From an uncultured Nitrospiraceae bacterium (GTDB lineage Bacteria; Nitrospirota; Nitrospiria; Nitrospirales; Nitrospiraceae), in NCBI GenBank assembly GCA_963706325.1, contig CAVPLT010000004.1:192001-256000 (forward strand): a DNA stretch of 64,000 nucleotides, read 5' to 3'. Shown one piece after another: positions 60,191 through 64,000 of this stretch (position 1 is its first letter; each line of letters begins with the position of its first letter). Below the pieces are notes generated by a model. The model made no database searches. It saw nothing but the letters and a program-made list of their open reading frames with translations, and had not been told where the DNA came from. The position numbers and the translations under genes were made by a program.

Positions 60191-60440
60191 CCGAGGAGCG
60201 TCGGGTCAGAATTTAATCAGGACACCTTGCTCCTCGCTTCGACCCATCCAAATTCATTCAGCCGACGTCTTTACACTCGTGGCTCAGTGGTGAGGCCGGT
60301 CGTCATTGGCACTCACTCAGGCTTTAAAATTCTTGGAGAAGGCGGGGCGTATGCAGGAGGTCGCGCGATGGAAAAGGGGCTGGATGGTGTGAAGATGATT
60401 CTGGACGATAAGATCTCAGCCTCATTGCGCGGCTGACAGA

Positions 60441-62753
60441 TTACTTGATGGCAACGGCTTTGACCTCCTTGTAGGTCGTGTGGCCCTGCAACACCTTATG
60501 AATACCATCCTGGACGAGGGTGGTCATCCCCTCCGACATAGCGGCCTTAACCATCTCATCAGTTTTTGCCTTGTTCTGAATCAATCGCTTTATTTCATCG
60601 CTTCCCACTAACAGTTCATGCAGCGCCACCCGCCCTTTTAAGCCGGTACGATTGCAGGTGTCGCACCCCTTGCCTCGATACAGACGGAAGGCGGTATCGA
60701 AACCGGTTCCTAAAGCATCCCACGGTTGCGCCCCATACCCCAGCCGCAGTTCCTCGTATTCTTCCTTTGACGGCTGATAGGCCTCTCGGCATTCCTTGCA
60801 AATCCGCCGTGCCAACCGTTGGGCCAGTACGCCTAACATCGCGTCGGCGAAACTAAATGAGTCGCATCCCATATCCAGCAGCCGGGTGATGGTTTCCACC
60901 GCGCTATTGGTGTGCAAGGTGCTCAGTACCAAGTGTCCGGTCAAAGACGCTTCGATCCCGGTATCAGCCGTTTCTTTGTCTCGCATTTCTCCGACCATGA
61001 TCACATCCGGGTCGGCTCGGAGAAACGCCCGCATTGCCGCGGCGAACGTGAATCCGATTTTGGCATGGACCTGCACCTGGCGGAGCCCATATTGGGTGAT
61101 TTCGACCGGATCTTCCGCCGTCCAGATTTTGATGTCGGGAGTGTTGATGTGTCCCAGCACTGAGTGCAATGTCGTAGTTTTTCCGGATCCGGTCGGACCC
61201 ACGCAGAGAATAATACCGTAGGGCTTCTGCGCAATATTTTTGATTTCGCGGAGATTCCGGTCCGAAAAGCCCATTTTGTCGAGCGGCAACGGTTCGCTCG
61301 CAGCCAGGATCCGCATCACCACATCTTCGTTATAGCCGGCGGTCGGAATCGTGGCAACGCGCAGTTCGATTTCCTTATTTTCACCAATTTTGAACTTGAT
61401 CTTCCCGTCTTGGGGTTTCCGCCGCTCCGCGATGTCGAGACTCGCCATGATCTTGAGACGAGACACGATGGCCCGGCGATAACTCGGTGGAATCTTCATA
61501 TACTCGAAGCAGTCGCCGTCGACTCGAAACCGCACCAGCGTATCGCGTTTTTCTCCATAGGGTTCGATGTGGATGTCGGAGGTGCCTTGCCGGAAAGCGT
61601 CGGCGATAATTTGGTTGGCCAGACGCACAATGGCATTATCGTTTTCATCAAGGCCTGAGCTGGAGGCATCTTCCTGGGCTTCGAGTTGGGACTCATTGAC
61701 CAGTTCGCCAAGAATGTCCGAGACATTCTCATTATTCTTTATCGACGTTTCCGGCGTCCCGGTGGTACTCGAGAGGAACAGCGAGATGTCGCGGCGCAGG
61801 CTGACGGCAAATCGAATATTCAATCCGGGGAAGGTGCGTTTGATGTCTTGGACCCGATCCAGGTCGCCTGGATCATCAGTCAAAATTTCAATCGCAGCGC
61901 GATCCCGCTTGAGCGGCATCCAATGGTTTTTCTTTAGATAGTCGACATTGAGATTCTTGAGTAATTCGATATCGACAATCGTGCGCTCGCTGTATTCGAT
62001 ATAAGGGCACTTATGATATTGCGCGAGCGATTTGCCGAGGTCGGCTTTCGGGATTTTGTATTTTTCGATCAGCAGGGACTCGATATCAGTGGAGCCTTTT
62101 TTGGATTCGTTGACGGCATTATCCAGATCGTTTTGTGCAATCTTTCCGTTCGCCAACAGGAAATCAAATTTGGAAGGAGGTTTCTTCGACGTCTTTCGAA
62201 GGCTGTAAAAGGCGGTTCCCAGCGATTTGGCAATCTCCGCAACGCTCTCTTCGTCCTTTCGGGTGAATCGCCCTCCGCTCTTTTTGTTCAGGAGCTGGAT
62301 CACTCCCATCAGGTATTTGTTTTCCGCGACCACCGGATAGGTCAGAACCTGCTTGGTCTTGAATCCGGTGGTTTTGTCGTACGTGGAATCGTGGGCGAGG
62401 GACGGGTGTACCGCACTGAGTTCCGCCAGACTATAGGCGTCGCCCACGTTGACTGGACGAAGATATTTGGCGCAGAAGCCGGCGAGGCTTTGTTCCGTAA
62501 TCGGGATGCGGACTTCCTGTATAGTGTCGAGATGGGGAATCTTCGAAAAGATTTCTTTTTTTTCGGAATCGACCACGAAAAGGGTGAGATCTTCTGCATC
62601 AAAACAACTGAGGATCTCATGACGGAGATCCAGCAGAATCTGATCGATGTCGCTCGCCGCGAGGATGTGCGTGCTGATCCGTTTGATTGTTTCAGCAAGC
62701 CCGGATTTGAGGGTGCTGTCGCTGATACCGGACAGCGGAGCTTTGGGCTGCAT
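60441..62753 (-). CDS. pilB: GAF-domain PilB/GspE family secretion/pilus ATPase
   Basis: N-terminal GAF (GVIQLLNK); SDIHIEP, DIAERRKPQDG, GPTGSGKTTT, EDPVE, LRADPD, LTGHLVLSTLHTN, Zn CxxC pairs. Confidence 0.9.
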   Translation of the reverse strand: MQPKAPLSGISDSTLKSGLAETIKRISTHILAASDIDQILLDLRHEILSCFDAEDLTLFVVDSEKKEIFSKIPHLDTIQEVRIPITEQSLAGFCAKYLRPVNVGDAYSLAELSAVHPSLAHDSTYDKTTGFKTKQVLTYPVVAENKYLMGVIQLLNKKSGGRFTRKDEESVAEIAKSLGTAFYSLRKTSKKPPSKFDFLLANGKIAQNDLDNAVNESKKGSTDIESLLIEKYKIPKADLGKSLAQYHKCPYIEYSERTIVDIELLKNLNVDYLKKNHWMPLKRDRAAIEILTDDPGDLDRVQDIKRTFPGLNIRFAVSLRRDISLFLSSTTGTPETSIKNNENVSDILGELVNESQLEAQEDASSSGLDENDNAIVRLANQIIADAFRQGTSDIHIEPYGEKRDTLVRFRVDGDCFEYMKIPPSYRRAIVSRLKIMASLDIAERRKPQDGKIKFKIGENKEIELRVATIPTAGYNEDVVMRILAASEPLPLDKMGFSDRNLREIKNIAQKPYGIILCVGPTGSGKTTTLHSVLGHINTPDIKIWTAEDPVEITQYGLRQVQVHAKIGFTFAAAMRAFLRADPDVIMVGEMRDKETADTGIEASLTGHLVLSTLHTNSAVETITRLLDMGCDSFSFADAMLGVLAQRLARRICKECREAYQPSKEEYEELRLGYGAQPWDALGTGFDTAFRLYRGKGCDTCNRTGLKGRVALHELLVGSDEIKRLIQNKAKTDEMVKAAMSEGMTTLVQDGIHKVLQGHTTYKEVKAVAIK

Positions 62754-63001
62754 CGAGCTATCTCCACACCAATTGGAAGCGCGGCTGGTTTTGTGACGAC
62801 CAGCGACCTATGCCTGGCCTCGGATTTGTTCGAGGAATGAGTTTCGTCCAGAGCGTGTCCCGTGTGTGAGTGTATCCCAACAGGCAGTCAAGGCAAGCAA
62901 AAGGCACTTTCTCGGAGACCTTACCTCAGGTGATTGCGTACGCAGCCGGATTGGCGAGCGGTAGCAGGATTCGTGGGGTCGACGGGATAAAGGGGGTGAA
63001 A

Positions 63002-64000
63002 TTAGGCGGCTCTGCTGAGCCAGGAAGCCAATGTGGCAAGCACTTGATCGGGACTGACTTTTGTGGTGTCGCCGGTCTGACGAAGTTTGAGTTCCACTTG
63101 CCCTTGGGCAAGCCCTTTCTCGCCAATGACCAAGTGGTAGGGAGCGCCGATCAAGTCGGCATCGTTAAATTTGACCCCCGCCCGTTCATCCCGATCGTCC
63201 CACAGCACCTCAATGCCGGCATCCTGCAATGAGGCGTAGAGGGTTTCCGCCAATTGCGTGACCGGCTGTGACTGACTCAATGGGAGGAGGGTGACGTGAA
63301 AAGGAGCGATGGGAACAGGCCACTTGATACCTTTGGCATCATGATTCTGCTCGACCGAGGCTGCGGCGGTACGGCTTACGCCGATGCCATAACAGCCCAT
63401 GACCGCCAGTTGTTCTTGTCCCTGCGCATCAAGGAACGTCGCGTTCATGGCTTGGCTGTATTTTGTCCCTAACATAAAAACATGGCCGACTTCGATGCCT
63501 TTGGCTGCTTTCAAGATGCCGTCGTTGTGCGGAGAGGGGTCGCCGACCTGCGCATTGCGGAGATCAGCAAATTGGTCAACGGCGAAATCCCGCGCCCAGT
63601 TGGCATCCATGAGATGTGTGTCGGCCTGATTGGCTCCCACGACGAAGTTGGCCATGCCTTTCACGGCCCAATCGGCCAAAATACGAATCTGCTTTAATCC
63701 AACCGGCCCCACAAAGCCCACCGGCGCGCCGATCAGAGCAGGCACAAGTTCAGGATTGACGAGCTCAAGATTGGTCACGCCGAGGAGTCGTTTGACTTTG
63801 ACCTCATTCACGTCATGGTCGCCCCGAATGAGTACGGCGATCGTCTCCCGCCCAGTGGTATAGAGCAAGGTCTTGACGAGTTGCCGGGGCGTGATTTTCA
63901 AAAAAGCCGTGACCTCTTCAACCGTCCGTCGTCCGGGCGTGGCGACAGGGGTCAGTGAGCGGTGAGGTGTCTCATCGGTTGCGGACGGCGGCAACACTTC
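63002..64000 (-). CDS. proS: Proline-tRNA ligase, C-terminal part (runs off window)
   Basis: INS editing domain (GAPVGFVGP, VGAN), GIEVGHVF.LGTKYS, MGCYGIGVSR, DDRDERAGVKFNDADLIG. Confidence 0.97.
   Translation of the reverse strand, partial: EVLPPSATDETPHRSLTPVATPGRRTVEEVTAFLKITPRQLVKTLLYTTGRETIAVLIRGDHDVNEVKVKRLLGVTNLELVNPELVPALIGAPVGFVGPVGLKQIRILADWAVKGMANFVVGANQADTHLMDANWARDFAVDQFADLRNAQVGDPSPHNDGILKAAKGIEVGHVFMLGTKYSQAMNATFLDAQGQEQLAVMGCYGIGVSRTAAASVEQNHDAKGIKWPVPIAPFHVTLLPLSQSQPVTQLAETLYASLQDAGIEVLWDDRDERAGVKFNDADLIGAPYHLVIGEKGLAQGQVELKLRQTGDTTKVSPDQVLATLASWLSRAA

Overview
GC-rich bacterial chromosome window, most consistent with Nitrospira (inferred from Hydrogenobacter/Nitrospira-type For/Por 2-oxoacid:ferredoxin oxidoreductase subunits and overall gene content). 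It opens with the 23S rRNA 3' end, 5S rRNA and a terminator, then a decayed patch and xth, YciI, a GH13 glucosidase, ung and an alpha-carbonic anhydrase. Next come small stress-type genes, an iscA-forA-forB-porB cluster, a TPR/barrel + FecR pair, a DEAD-box helicase and a sigma-54/IHF-driven operon (secreted protein, AlgE-like porin, GAF enhancer-binding protein). These are followed by an 8-gene trehalose/glycogen operon (DUF5752, treS, treT, GT2, CmpX-like, glgE, mak, glgB), a GT2-GtrA/GT-C pair, mltC and a large signalling cluster. The window ends with arfB, an RRM protein, a desaturase, three PilZ genes, lpxL, GAF-PilB and partial proS. No CRISPR array, tRNA, transposase or phage gene was recognised. 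Many single-base homopolymer frameshifts, mostly at 2-14 kb, look like long-read consensus errors. The main unexplained signals are: (1) a ~100-nt leader element present twice, each copy starting 6 nt after a sigma-70 -10 box (before iscA-forAB-porB and before a CsbD-like gene); (2) two genes whose best apparent start is ATC, including an unannotated 62-aa basic protein whose stop codon lies in a hairpin loop; (3) the self-contained sigma-54 porin operon. All family calls come from motif recognition by eye; no searches were run.
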